Notes: generated from the sequence alone by a model not told the origin. DNA of 51,959 nt, filler included, from Sphacelaria rigidula (GCA_964200075.2; 2 parts of 2 records of this genome joined end to end with filler, not necessarily neighbours in it), one strand, 5' to 3'. Numbered from the whole stretch's first letter, positions 38,100 through 51,762 are shown. Made by a program: numbers and translations.

Positions 38100-39735
38100 G
38101 CATTGCTCTTTGCATTACCGTATTTGACACGAATACGAATTACAGAAAATGGTCATTTTAGTTGGGGAAAATGATGTTACAGTACGAGTAGTGATCCCTT
38201 TATCAAGACCCTGAACGTGCGGTCGCGTCAAAAGAGGATGGATCCGAGAGAGAGGACAAAAGAGGAAAGGCTTTCCACAAATTTCACCCGATGAGGTAGA
38301 TGGCTGTCGAATCACGGTTACACGTCCAACAATCAGTCCAAGGACCCGCCGTCGTCGTTCGAGTGACGGTCGTGGTTTCATCGACAGCAAATCATTCGTC
38401 ATCGAGATATACAAGAACAATGCCGTACAATTTTCTACAATACTAGCCGGAAACTGCTTGTCTGAGTTGTTCATGTACATATCGTACATAGCGATGTGCA
38501 TATCTCCAGCAACGAATCGTCTGCTCCCGACAAAACCACCACCACTTGCACGAGGACGGTGGGTGCTTGAGCCGAGTGTGGGAGGAATCTTCATGAGTCG
38601 ATCTCCAGCAATGTGGGAATCCCCGGGCACCGTTCATCTTGTCAAGACAACCGTGGTACGTACGTACTCGTTAAACAGGACCACAGCTTGTTTGGCTAGG
38701 GGTAACACCTACGCTGAAATGGTTTCCACCACGTTTCTCTAAACCCGACGCGGCGCAGGGCATCAATGGTTGGCGCGGTAATTTCTCCGAATAAGGTCCC
38801 CTGAACCCTGGCTATCCGTCGGTCTGTTGCGTCTTGAATTGTATCAGACTCATGAATGCATCGCCTTCTTCATGAATGGGGCCAAAGGTGACGTCCACCG
38901 TGCGAAGCACCGAATGCAATTTCGAGCTTCATTCGTGGTTTAGACCCTGCCAATATTCGCGCAGAAGAACGAACTCCTCGAGCGAGGCTTGGCCACATAT
39001 CCCGTGACAAATGCCCGGAGGAGACGAGTGGAAAACATGCTATTACAAGTACTGATACCATTATAACAACAAACTTCACGGCAGGCGGCAGGCTTGCAAG
39101 TACCAGCCGGAAGAATATAGAGCATCAACGGAACCAAACCCAACCGAACAAAACCAAGAGCACTTCTCTACTAATAGGGCATAATACACATTCAATCAAC
39201 GGCACGGTGACCAGAGGACATACATTCACATTACACACTGTGCTACTAGACGAATAAATCGGACTCACGTGTCTTCATTTCCACACCGTCATCCACACAC
39301 AAAATATTTTTGTTTTTCCTACCGTTTCTCGGCACGCAAGTCAGACCTCTAACCTTTCAACAATCCCCGCCCATCCGACCAACAACTCCTTACCCCTCCG
39401 CAGCTCTCGATTCCGAACGAAGGCCCAGTCAGAAACAGTGATCCTCGAGAATGTCCCGAAAATCACGGAGCAGAATACAACCAATGCCCGTGCGGAAAAT
39501 TTGTGTAAGGACAAGTTGCGCAGTAAGTACCAAGCAGCCCACTCAGGAAATGACCACACCCCTGTGAGATTCTCCCCGGTCCGGCAGACAAGGATGGCCC
39601 TGCGGCCTTTTGTCAACTCTTTCCCAAATAGACCCTCCTTCAAGAACACATCCTAACGCCCTCATCGCCGACCGCACGAAAACTATTGCCGGCAGACAAC
39701 CAGACCCACGAGCAACACGTGCCTAGCACGCTGCA

Positions 39736-42700
39736 TCATCCTCGAACCGCTGCAGGTATAGACGTCGCACGTCTACCTTCAGGACTTGGAGAGCTCGTAG
39801 GCGGCCGCGGAGGGGTCTTCCTCCGCAAACGTTCGTCCGCCTCAAAGTCGCCTCCTTTACTGCCAGGGGAAGCGCTTGTGACGGCTGTACTAGTCTGCGC
39901 TTTGGTCCTGGACGACTTCTCGGCGGCCTGTCGAGCGGCCTGGGTGCCACGCTCCTTAATGATGCTGCGGTGGCGCCTCTTAACCAGGTCACGCAGCAGA
40001 AAGCGCAAGAAGCGGAAAAAGCACTGCTGGAACTGCTCGCTGTTCTCGTTGGGTCGCTTTTTCAGCGAGAATCTCGCGGTCCTGGGGTGAGGGCACGGAT
40101 TGCGAAAAATAATGAAGATGGGAGACAAGGGGACAAATTGGCGATCAGAGGGATGCACTTGACAGGTCGTGTAAAAGGCTTGCAATGGAGCAAGAACAGC
40201 CTCCTTTCAAGCACACAGACGTGGAAGTGACAGCAAGACAAAATAAGAAAGTCAATAATATCAGCAGGGACTGTACGACGCCAACCGCATACCACGTATT
40301 TCCGAGAACAATCGTGCCCACATGCGACAGAATAACCAAATCACCTTGCACCAGGAACACACGCCAACGCCATAATGAGTGGCCTACTCACCCCCGATTG
40401 GCGTAGTCGTACAGCGCCATGCTTCCCAGCCCATGGTAGCTGTAGCTGCGAGTGATCTTGACCCCCTGCGACAGCCCATCAATCTCCTTCGGCATCTTGG
40501 ACTTGTGTTCACCAGGGGGTGGTAGCGTCGGGGACGTCGTGGCCGGTCGAGGGCCAGGTAATCCCTCCTTCGGCTGCCCACTTCCTCTAGGACCATCCAC
40601 AATCCTATTACTGCTACCTCTCTGCGGCAGCACTTGCTGGATCGTAACGGAACGCGTTTTCGGCGGCCGGGGCTCCGGCACCACAAGTCCCGCTTCGCCT
40701 CTTCGCCACCCAAGAGCACCCGCCTCCTTCTCGTCCCCTCCTCCCCGCGCACCGCCGCCGCCGCTGCTCCTGCCATTGCCACCGCCACCGCCACCTCCAC
40801 CCAAGTCTTTAGTGGGTTCCACATTTGTCGCCCAGAAAGAGGAAGGGTGCGGCCCGCCCACGGGCGCAGCCGAAGAGTACGGAGACTCAGGGCCTTCCTC
40901 CATGGGCTCCAGACCCAGCTTCATCGCTGTGCCAGCACCAACCGCCGATGGCCGAGTTTTTTCCGGGGACGTGAACAGCGCGCGCCCGATACTCACATCA
41001 AGCTCGGCGGACTCCGGCGGCTTTTCCTGTCGAACGGCGCGAGGCTTCACAATGTTCTGCCGCGGCGGGCGGCCACGATCGCCACTGGCGTCCTTGCCCT
41101 TGTTCTTTCCCTTATTCTTTCCCGCCTCGGGAGAGCTCTCTTCCTCCGAACCGTTGTCCCCCCATCCGGAAAAGCGCCGCGTGGCGTTGCGGGCGTCGAT
41201 CGTCTCGAACTTCTCGCGCCAAAACCCGACCGGTGACAACAGATCCGTGTCCGACTCGGCGGACCACGTTGGTGATGACACCTCGTGCCCATCCGTCAAC
41301 CGTCCCGCACCGGCGGAGCTGTCCCGGGACAGCGGGGCCCAAATACGCAGCGGCCCGCTGCCCCCGCCGTCCCTGTCCTCTCCACCCCCACCGCTATCCA
41401 AGCTGCTGCCAGAAGCGCGCACGTCTGATAAGAATGGTATGTCCTCACCGCTGGCGTCCGTGGAGCTTTCTCGACCGAATGACGACCGCAGCGTTGACGA
41501 CGGTGGCGGAGGTGGCGGCGGCATCGATGGCGGCTGCACGGGTGATGAAGATATCTCGGGGCGGCCATTTGGCATCCCCACTTTGGTGGACGGTAATAGG
41601 CAGCTCTCCTTGTTATCCGCGGACCAGTCCACGCTGCTGCCGGACGCGTCTGTCGACGGCGTACGCTTGTGCTTCTTGTCCAAGTCCAGACTTGTGGAAT
41701 TGAAGTTGGGCATGCGCTTTGACGGGGCAACGGACGTCTGATGGTCTACCGCTGCCCTGGCCAGCTCGCTGTGCAAACGAAAAAAAAAATAGGCGCGGGG
41801 TGGCATTCAGCACATGCGGATCAATACCTCAGGAACCAGGAGCGATAGTGATGTCGTCGACTTCATATTTGGATCTCGTTCATTTTTTTTATGCTAATTG
41901 GCTGGGCCAAGTAAATCAAGCGCCTCGGCAGCACGGAAACAACACAATGCTGCTTGCATAACCGGTAAGCTAGAACAATGGAACCCTTGAAGGCCGATGA
42001 GCAGTCCTGATTCCACCTGACGTTAACTGGATATTGCTAATTCTTCCACTTCGAAAGATAAGCATCCGCGACCCGAGCAAATTGACGCAATTCGACGAGC
42101 TGCGGGAGTACTGATCCAATGCCGTGAAATATATATATGGCATGTACCGGGGGAGCGACGGGTTGATCCCCTGAGACGAGAGACTCGCCCCGAGAATGGG
42201 AAGGGGCTACAAGTACGACGAGACGACAAGAGAGCCCGAAACATGAATTTAATTTTCCTACAGTACGCGGCTCCTACGCCCTGAGGGATCATATCAAATA
42301 ATTGCACGAGTAATTATAGTACGGGTGGGTATGTCTTACGGCACAGGGCCATGTTCTCGGCATCAAGTATGCAAGGTGCATTGCGACACATGCTTGACCA
42401 GTTGTCGTTTTCATCGAGAACAACCACGAAGGCACAACAGGGATACACTCATTTCAGCTCAACAACCATCTGCGGTTGCCCGTAAGGGCTGCGATAATTC
42501 CGGGGACAACCGCGCAAACTCACTTGGCTCGTGCCACCACGGTCTCCAGTTCGGATATCTTGTCAAAGTCCTCACGGCGAATAATGCTGTTTCGGGCACA
42601 GACGCAAGTTAGAGACCACGTGGGATGAGCAAAAGGTACGGTCATGTCAGCACCATGTACGATTATGTCGCCGGCGGAGTCATGCGCTCACGCAGATATT

Positions 42701-45700
42701 CGCCCATCGGGCATACAAACAAACCATCACACCGGTAGAATGCTGAATATTGTATTCCTCCGGGCCACGTCCACTTCATAGTGCCCATGCAGTACTAGAT
42801 CCGAAGCATTGCCCTACGCCTAGAGCCTGCCTTTGGGAGCCACTGCATGCTGGATCAGTCAAGGTATTTGCAGCTATGAACGAATTTACGCCCGACGGAT
42901 CGACTTAGAGGTGCTGGTTCGTGGTCATTGGCCTCACCATGCGATGTCGTACAGCGTCAGTCCAGCGGCGCAGCCCTCCTTCAAGAGCGTTTCGGCGATG
43001 CGCAGGTTTCTCAGGCACGGTTGCCGAATGTTGAGGGTGTTGCCTAGATTCTCCGCCGTTGCTTCCGGCGAGAAGGACTGTATATAGTGACAGAGTTCTG
43101 GATCGATAGGCTGGACAAAAGGACCGGCGTCATCGCAAATGTGACGTATATCACGAAGGGAAGAACATGAGCACTTCGTCAGGATTCTGTGAGTCGTCCG
43201 GGGTTGCTGCCTGTCGTCATCCTGAAAGGAACAGTGCAACAATCTAGTTCCGAATGCCTGACGTCGCTATGCAGCCGGAAGGCAACATCTTCACTAACCC
43301 TGAAAGACATGCACAAGTCTCCTATCGGTTTTTCCCTCATACTTCAACAACAACATACACACATACCTCCTTGACCTGGCGCCAATCCAGCCAGCACCAG
43401 TCGCACCAATCGATCACTAGCTCATCCGACAAGCATAACCCATGGTCAATGGGCACAAGCTCATACTCCGTCCCTCCTCCCAACAGTCTCGTCCGTTTGT
43501 CCCCCGACCCACCCACCCCGCCCCTACTCCCCGAAACATCAGCGCCAGGCGACCCCATTACACCAGCAGCAGACGCGGAACCCGCCGCTCCCCCGCCCCC
43601 GCCGCCGCCCTCCCCAGGAGAAGCTGCTGCCCCCGCGTCGGCGACGGAGTGCGCGAGGGTCAACCCGATATTGCTGTCGCTGCTTGCGTGACGCGCGCGG
43701 CGAGCACCGGCGGCGAGGCGTGCGCGGTCCGAGATGTTGGACGCGGAGCGGCGGGGGCGACAGCGCACCAAGATGTTCACGCTGTTGCGGTCGCGGTTGA
43801 GGATGCGCATGTCCAGGAGGGCGATCTTCTGAACCTCGAAAATGGATAACCTTGATGGAGAGATGTCTTCTACCACCTATTTCGTTTCGGGGAGGGGAGG
43901 AGAGGAGGGGAAGGAGAACATGAGAACAGAGGCAAAGCGAACACACAACATCTCGACGAATTGCGGCACACTTCCGCTTGTCGTATGACATGAATCACGC
44001 CCGGTCATATCACGCGCCAGATCGACAATTCAAACCTATGAGAACCACGTCTCACCATATCGTGCCGGACGAATTCCTGGAAGCTTCCCAGCTTCAAGCG
44101 TTCCTTGTGATCCCAATAGCAGAACGCGGGGTGCTTTGCCTCAACAAGCGTCGTGGCGGGCACTCCATGTATGCGTCGGTCATCCTGCTCAAGCACATGC
44201 AAGTTCGCACTTTTAACGTCCAACACTTTGATGCTGTAAGCGCTTGTAGATGGCCAATAGCGTCATTCATTTATCAAGTAAAGCCGATTCAACAGCTGAA
44301 CGGACACCCTGGGCATTTGATTGGCAATGGTCACCCTCCTTCAGAGCCCTAGTCGATAATTGGATGTCAGGTGGGCGTTCGTTTTTTTTCCCCAAAGGAC
44401 AGGGTCAAAATACCCTCATCTGAAGTGCAGACAAAAGTTTGCACAGTCACGAGGGAAGAGGGAAAGTTCCGGCCGCACGTTTGTACCACGCTTATTCGTT
44501 GTATCATGACCAGCAGTACATACACGAGCCATGACCACTTCATTGGTACGTTTGGCCATAACGCAGGAAGAATAACATGAGGAAGGAAGGTAACAGAAGG
44601 TGACAGCACCATTGCTTTTCGGAACCACAAAAGTGAGATACTGCTCACGAGGGCGCGTGGCGTTCACCTGCAAGCACAAAAATATTTGAGGTTTGTGGCT
44701 GGCCTCCAATTGCACTGTGGAAAGTCGCGTCTTCAAAATGGGACGGACTGTCCACAAATGGAACAAAATTTATCAATGTCGACAAATGGACCGAGGTCCA
44801 TCTCACAAAACACAGTGTCAGCACACCACACAAAAGTACACAAGTTAAGAGTATTCACGGCAACCCACGATTGCGACACCGAACTGTAACGAGACACACG
44901 CATACATTGCTCCACGTGGACGATCATGCCATAGCAACACACGAAAAAAAACCACGAACAGCCGTCGCCACCATGGTCGAGGAAAAAAAAACGAAGCACT
45001 TGGGCGGTCACCAAAAGCAATCTACGTAACATAGCGGCGCCATCGCAGCCCAGCGGCGTGACTCACCAACATGAAGGCGGCGACCTCTCGAACATAAGAT
45101 TCGCCCGCATTGATGCCAGGTCGCATAGACACAGTACCCCCTCCCAATCCCCCCTGCATAGCTTCCCTGTATAATATACAACATACAACATACAGACATG
45201 AACTACATGTACAATATTACGAATATGAAACGACCGGTCGATAGGATGATACTGTACGGTACTGGACAAACGCAATTATACTTGGCCGCAGCGACTCTCG
45301 CCTTTTCTAACAACTCATGAGGGGGCATTTGATTGTTTTCTTTTTCGAAAGACCCGAGCATAACACCGATTTTGCGTTCCTAAAACAACAGCGCCGACCG
45401 AACAACCTCAGTACATGTACATGCATATATCACCCGGTTGGCACTCACCGATTGGACACGAGAATAAACGTGGAGTGTAAACAGCCATGACGGGGGGGAA
45501 AAAATCTAAATAAGCAGATGCTCACCTCGGATTGTTGGGAGCGAAGGGCTCCTCGTCCTGTGGCTTGAACACTGCAACTTTCTGCCTGGCAGCGTCCTGC
45601 AAAAAGTAAGTCCCTCCTGTTCCTTCCAGAGAAAGCTCTGGCTTGAACCCCCGGTCGAGTCCACGTTTTGCCTGATGATATATCCAAAGTGTACAAAATG

Positions 45701-48323
45701 AATAGATCCTCTGTCACGTGTTGAAGATACTCCATGTCTGCGTGTATGTGTATACACATATTGGTGTCGTGTGTCGAGGGATACTGTAGTCAGCTATTCA
45801 AGAGACCCCATTTGTTATCATTATCATTCCTATAACAGTCATGTGATTGCACTCTCATGCCGTACGATCAACACGAGGCTGCGTCCGATGCCAAAAAAGC
45901 ACGTGAAGTGAAGCAACTTGTAGTACGAAGACCGTCGACACTACCGTCCTCAACAAAGACCTCGCATAACACGGGCGTCTGACACCCCAGCCACGGCACG
46001 CCGACAAACAATCGTACGACAGGGGAAAGAGGTTTGCTCTTCTTGAAAACACCAACAAAAAGCAAACGACATACGATAGAAAAAGGGAGAGCACATCTGG
46101 AACAACCCTCCCATACGCAAAAGACAACCATGTACGTGATACATTGATAAATGAGATGTGCCTCACCTATATGTAGTGGTTCAACAGAATCATGGCATGA
46201 TCCAGGCGAAGACAAGAAAAGTGTCTAAAACGAAGACGAAATTATTTTGATCGGTAAAATTATTTGTTTTGGCCAGGATCACGACAACCCAATTTTTGGA
46301 GAGTACTGACCTGCCCAAGCACTCGTGACAGAGATCTAGGAAGCGGGGCGGCACCTAGGAAAGGCTCTAGGCTGTACGGCTTGCCCATCTCGTCTTGCGG
46401 CGAGGCAGCCAGGTAGATGGTCTGTCCGTTCCTGTAGATACCGCAGTCCTGCAGCGTGCGCTTATTGCGCAGCTCCCCTCCTCGAAAGAACAAACGCTGG
46501 AATTCATTTGGATAATGACATGAAATGAGTTGAGATGCGACGGGGGACAGAAGAAGCGAACAAATGAATCAACAATGAAAAAAAGTACAGGTCTCTGCTC
46601 TGTCCCCAGATCATATAAAATATTCGTCTATTCTAACTTTAGCATAAAACGTGTATCAACCTGTTGACCGCCAAAGGGTGTGTCCCTGCGTTGAGTCGGC
46701 ACCGCTTGCAACTGGAAGATGACCGTCATACTCACGTCATCTGCGGGCGCTGAAAGGATATAAAGGAATGAAAAGCATGAGAGGTAGAGATTAGAAACGA
46801 AGGCAGAAGGGGGGGAAAAAAGCGAACCCTAACTGTGAGACACACGTCCACCACAGGCGCTGTTAGATTGGGAGCAACGAAGGCTTCGTAATGCACAGCC
46901 ACGTGTAGCAAGTGGCCGGCAACCCTGTAGCCCACCTGTAGAGCCACAAGCACTGATGAAATTTCCTAGTTTCGTCGTGTATGCAATGACCGTTCCCTCG
47001 TCACTTTGAAGAACGTTCTTGGAATTCTTCACGTTGGTACCGGCATTTCTTCAGCCCCACAACCCATAACTACCTACGTCAAACAGCAAGCCTCTACATC
47101 AAACCGGTACCCACCGCCACACACAGTGCCTCTAGAGAGATACAAGATACAAGGGCCTTGGCGAGTGTAGACAACCAACGCAGAAACAAGGCTTTCATCT
47201 GCTGGAGCAGCTGAGCCGGTGTGTGGAGTGTCCAGAAATCATCACAGAAAAATGCTGGAAAATGTCCAACCTTGCGGAATTGTACAATGGGCATTCTTGT
47301 ACAGTTTCAAATTTGCTGCAAAACTGCAAGTTCCTTTTTTTCCTCGGAGCAGGGGAATTTGTTCAACTTGCTCGGGCAAGTATAGGAGTGGTATTGAAGG
47401 AGTTTCACGGCAGACAGGAGAAGCCACAACAGCACAACAGCATGGTAGTGCCGTAGGAAAGCCAGCCGTACACCCGTCAAGGAACCGGTTAAACCCTGAG
47501 CGTTTCGCCGATGAATGCTCTCTCTCCGCCTGACTGTCCGTCTCCATTGTGGATCCCATGTCTTTGTAAGCAAGACTTTCACAAGGGGTATATATATCCC
47601 ACACACGCTACTCACACACATGGGCGTATCACTCGTGCATCAACACCCACAATGTCGACTGCACAATCCAAGCACCAACACAGCACAGATTTTGCGTTGT
47701 GGAAACAGAAGGAGTCCACTTTTATAACTATACGTGTCTCCGCCGAAAAAAACTATGGATAAAACGCCAACTCAGCCATAAAATCGACTGGAAATGCCTG
47801 AAACACGGGGCTTGCCGTCGTCCTCATGAGGTAACTTATGCAGTACCGCGGATGCCGTGCTACCGAAGTACCACGTTCAAGTAGTTCGCATCAAGGGCTC
47901 CTGATCAGACTACGGTCAACCTTGGTTTTCTGCCGATTATCGAGGGCTCTCGTACTTGCTGCGGTTCAAGTTGGGTCTCCCCCGTGTGTGGCACAAAACT
48001 GCCGACGAAAGCTTCAACTTTCATGTCTGACTTCAAATATTGGCGACGGCTTGGAGCTCGATGTCTGCACGGTCGAATTCACCGACGATACACTACACGT
48101 GACTCTTATTAGATCCAGCTTAGCAGACCAAATGATGCCACCTGTATCATGGAGAGGATTTCCGTAATTATTCATCCGGTTTGTGAGCAGCAAAAGAAAA
48201 AAGTACCTGAGAGGCGGCCGGCAGGTGCAGCAGGCTCTGCAGGATATCTTTGAGATCCTTCACAGTGCTCCATGACTTGACGGTCAGCGCGCGCTTACGA
48301 GCATGACCCCTTCCATCCAGAGG
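39736..48323 (-). CDS. Type II phosphatidylinositol 4-kinase gamma-like protein with N-terminal ubiquitin-like domain, 10 identified exons, 1048 aa, first exon not identified
   Basis: Exons 48323-48207, 46496-46311, 45671-45526, 45166-45067, 44184-44056, 43876-43367, 43110-42938, 42586-42524, 41768-40392, 40081-39736; all AG/GT and phase-compatible (3147 nt). Ubiquitin-like segment: TVKSWSTVKDLKDILQ...RLFFRGGELRNKRTLQDCGI. Kinase motifs: EGTGGTYF, VAVFKPQDEEPFAPNNPR, REVAAFMLD, GSFQEFV, LDMRILNRDRNSVNILV, LVPIDHGLCL, WCWLDW. An unverified candidate start is the ATG at 48524 (MPVLYYPTP...). Confidence 0.88.
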
Positions 48324-49829
48324 CTGTGAAGAAAATCCGTGGCAGAACACAAGGAAAAAAATGTGTCAACAAACCGCAAGTCGTGGACAGGGTAAAGGGC
48401 GTACATGTGACTTCATCAGCACCCTCCCACACGAAACAGATACTTCGATCCCGGGTTCAGTCAGCATCACCTCGCCTGCCCACTCCCACTCCTGCAGGGG
48501 GGTAGGATAGTACAACACGGGCATCTGCGGTATCAAGCTCCCAGTTACTCATGTACTGCACGCACAACATGTCACATGCTTGAATTATCAAGTGCAGTAG
48601 AGATTCGCAACAAACAACCTAAGCTGCTGACCGCGATGCTTTGTACTGTAACAAATCGGGTGCAGCATGGAAGGATGCTAGATTCTCCTCGAACACTGGT
48701 GGAGAGCAGGAGGCTACCCACACTAGCTCCAGGCAGTGAAGAGAAGAATACCGCCTCTTGGATAACGAGGATTACTTCGACACACACTTTTCACCAGAAT
48801 CTACCCAAGGAAGCAAGAGTCTATGATCTGCCCATGGACTTCCGACAATCCTGTTGTCTTGAAATTCATGCGAGATTTTTCCCACGCGGACACCAACGGC
48901 TTCGGAGGGTGTTACTAGCACCTTTCATGTCAAGACCATCAAGGCTGAATGACTAGTCACGGCCGGCGTTGATGCCTCACGTGAACCTACGATACTGTAC
49001 TGGGTTGTACTCCACTGTGGTCGGGCTCACCCGATGGAGGATTTGAGAGTCTGCATCGATTATCCAATCAAATTCGTCCACCTCGTCTGTTTTGCACCGG
49101 TCCCATCACACACTTCAAACAACGCGTGAGTTGCCTACACGTGTCATTTTCTGTTTTTTCAATTTTCGAAAACCTTCATTTTTGAAAGAATGCCTAACCC
49201 CAAGAAGAGTAACGCGGAGAACGGTACGACTGAAAGGGGCGGTACAGACAGTTACATTACCGCACTTGTACTATGATGAACTATACTGTTGTTGCTGCCA
49301 AGTGTGGGCTACTGACTAGACTGGATAAAGACAACGCTCATAGTACGCGCACAAAACGAACGAGCTCTTCGGCTTGTTTCGCGCATGACGCATCCTGCAG
49401 ACAGCTTGACGCACGCTCAAAGTTGTTCACACGGTGTCTGAGGCCATTCGTCTCTTGACCAGACCAAATAAAGCTTAAAACACAAGAAAACCTGCAAAAT
49501 GAAGCACATTGATTCGTCACTGCGATGATCCCACCTCACCACCACCCCCTCAAAACTAGCTTTTTTCAGCGAGTGTCGACTAATGTGCGGAAACAATAAT
49601 AAAAATAAAAAGATCAAGGAAGAGGAAGAAGTTGGGCTAGACGCCCGAACATTTCGCTTGGAGGGGGATGAAAACAGCGGCGTAGTAGTCGCTAGGTGTG
49701 GCGCACGACGGTATCGCAAACATCATTATGCGGCGCAGATCTAAGGCAGAACCACACATCAACTTACGATCCCACTATCCCAGGATAAATGAAGCATAGC
49801 TCGTCGAGCCGTAGCTATTGATCAAACGA

Positions 49830-50287
49830 GTATTGTCATCCCATCTATTTTGGACGCCGGTCTACACCGTTCAGTATATGTGGGCGCACCAGCCGCGGCC
49901 ACACAGGAAGAAGGCCTACACAGGAGTTTTTTCTTCTGTTTTATTTGTTTTGGTCTTCCACCTTCCTTCTGCGGTGATTGCCTTTCTTTGTTTTGCGAAA
50001 GGGTTCTAGCAGTCCCTTGCCCTCGTCGACCGTTAACCGTTAGATCACGTGCGGGTAGTCCATCTGGATTGCACATGCTTTTTTCAGGTGAATATTGATA
50101 CCGATTCAGCAGGTGACCTACCCTCGCGGTGCAAGGGTTTAGTCGACTTTTGTGTACCCAGGACATAGTCGCTCTCCACCGTTGGGCAGTGTGTGGTAAA
50201 AAGTCCCCGATCGCTCGGAGAGTCGAACCCACGGCCCAACCGTCAGCAGGTTTGGAGGTTACCAACTGAGCCACCGGGGCGACCGGC
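49830..50287 (-). mobile_element. tRNA-derived SINE (same family as 35441-35840) carrying a 101-bp insertion
   Basis: The minus-strand head has A box TGGCTCAGTTGG and B box GGTTCGACTCT. The body aligns by eye with 35450-35837 except for 50037-50137. Confidence 0.8.
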
Positions 50288-50937
50288 GGGTACGAAATTC
50301 TTAGTCTCACAGGTTTCTATTTCGTACAGGTATGCGCGGATAAAGATCGCCAATGGGTTCCAAAAGGGTTTACCATTTGACGGCGACAGTAGGACATCCG
50401 TTGAATCGGCATCAATTTCACCCGAAAAAGGGATGCATGATCCAGATGGACTACCCTCGCCGACAAACGGTCAACCTTTGACCCCGAGGGTAGTCTATCT
50501 GCTGAATCGGCACTAATTTTACTCGAAAAAAGTGTGCGTGGTCGAGATGGACTACCCGTATCGCTTGTCTTTAGGTTAAGTAGGCTTCCATTGTCAACTC
50601 TTTTGGAGCCCAGTGGCGATTTCTGTTCTTGTGAATCGACATCGTTTTCAGTCACTTTCAAGTCAAAATGATGCCGATTTACAACAAGAATCGTCAGTGG
50701 GTTTTGAAAGGGGTAACCCTTCGACCGCGAGGGTAGTCCATCTGGATCGTGCATACATTTTAAAGGTAAGATTGGTGGTGATTCAATGGATGACCTACTG
50801 GCGACGTCTAAGGGTTAACAGCTTCTAATGAGCTTAACCCTTAGACGGGGAGGAAAGTAGCCCATCTGGATCACGCATACTTTTTCGAATGGAATTGATG
50901 CGGATTCAACAGGTAACCTACTCTCGCTGTCTAAGGG
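50037..50937. mobile_element. Cluster of ~100-bp piggyBac-type MITEs (TTAA target, CCCTTAGAC-like TIRs)
   Basis: Type A copies at 50037-50137, 50373-50470, 50475-50575, 50717-50814 and 50838-50937. A second palindromic type is at 50598-50712, with a partial copy ending at 50368. Each is bounded by TTAA or a one-mismatch variant, with CCCT.../...AGGG-like ends. Confidence 0.75.
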
Positions 50938-50954
50938 TAAATCCCAGGGCTATA

Positions 50955-51050
50955 CGAGCTGGCCCAGCCAAGAGTAGGCGCGAACCTCGCTCAGGGGACG
51001 CACGGCGAGATATTAGGAGTTGGACGCTGAAATTTTGACTACAGCTTTTT
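50955..51050 (+). mobile_element. Left end of the 24457-25071 MITE family
   Basis: TA-CGAGCTGGCCCAGC...GATATTAGGAGTTGGACGCTGAAATTTTGAC matches 24457-24550. Confidence 0.75.
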
Positions 51051-51649
51051 CGAGCATGTTACGCTCATCATAAGCTTTTCAAAATATATATTATTCGAGC
51101 TCGGACCCCTACATTGAGCTACACTTCATGCACGCATACGGAACTACTGTAAGGCCAATCTCGAGATATTGGGACGGGTTAATCGCGAGTAAGAAAGACT
51201 GAACTGATGTGGTGATTGAAAAACACCAGGGGGCGGTTGAATTCGGAGTTCCTGGAGAACGCGCCGCAACCTGTGGAATGGGCAGAGGATGTATCAATAC
51301 ACTGTAGTACACACCTCGCCACTTGTACACCTCCGTCGGACCACCCCTACAGCTAATGCAGCGGCTGGCATAGGCCTCCGTACCGCTGTTTTAGCCGTTA
51401 TCAGCCAGTGTGTAAAATTGAGCTGTAAGGACACGAAGGGGGTCGCGGCGGGGCTGCCCCATTCTACTATCGTACCTGACCCTCATCCTACAAAGGGTTG
51501 CCTGAACTGGGAAATGTGAATGTGCCACCTGTTGTGATATACGATTGTTTCTGGTAGACCGGCGCAGTGTGACATGGGCGAAAGCAGTCAACAGCTGTAT
51601 CGTTAGCCACTTCTTTGGTACAGTACGTATACGGCCGCCCCACCCCTCT

Positions 51650-51760
51650 CGCAATAGAATGTGAACTATACAAGGAGGAACGGGACGTGCTAGAGGGGAA
51701 AATGCGGAAAATGCGGGACGAGAACGAAGGTGGCATGGAAAATTTTGATGCATTGGGCAG
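51650..51760 (+). mobile_element. Short fragment of a non-LTR retrotransposon ORF C-terminus
   Basis: The peptide ECELYKEERDVLEGKMR...NEGGMENFDALGS resembles the post-zinc-knuckle end of brown-algal LINE-like ORFs as I recall them. It is cut off by the MITE at 51763. Confidence 0.45.
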
Positions 51761-51762
51761 TA

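Noticed and set aside
38115..39150. Overlapping ORFs as a further gene or viral insert
   Set aside because: No recognisable domain or consistent exon chain; there are stops in all frames, so it is left unassigned.
40452..41741. 429-aa plus-strand ORF
   Set aside because: Antisense shadow of the large PI4K-gamma exon.
43770..43810. NRDRNSVNIL as a TnpB/Fanzor RuvC-III-like motif
   Set aside because: It is the catalytic loop of the PI4K-gamma kinase, and no RuvC-I/II or zinc-finger motifs are present.
50205..50287. Functional tRNA genes at the tRNA-like segments (also 262-330, 12786-12867, 26592-26685, 35755-35837)
   Set aside because: A and B boxes are visible, but I could not form a full cloverleaf; most are attached to repeat bodies, which fits SINE heads.
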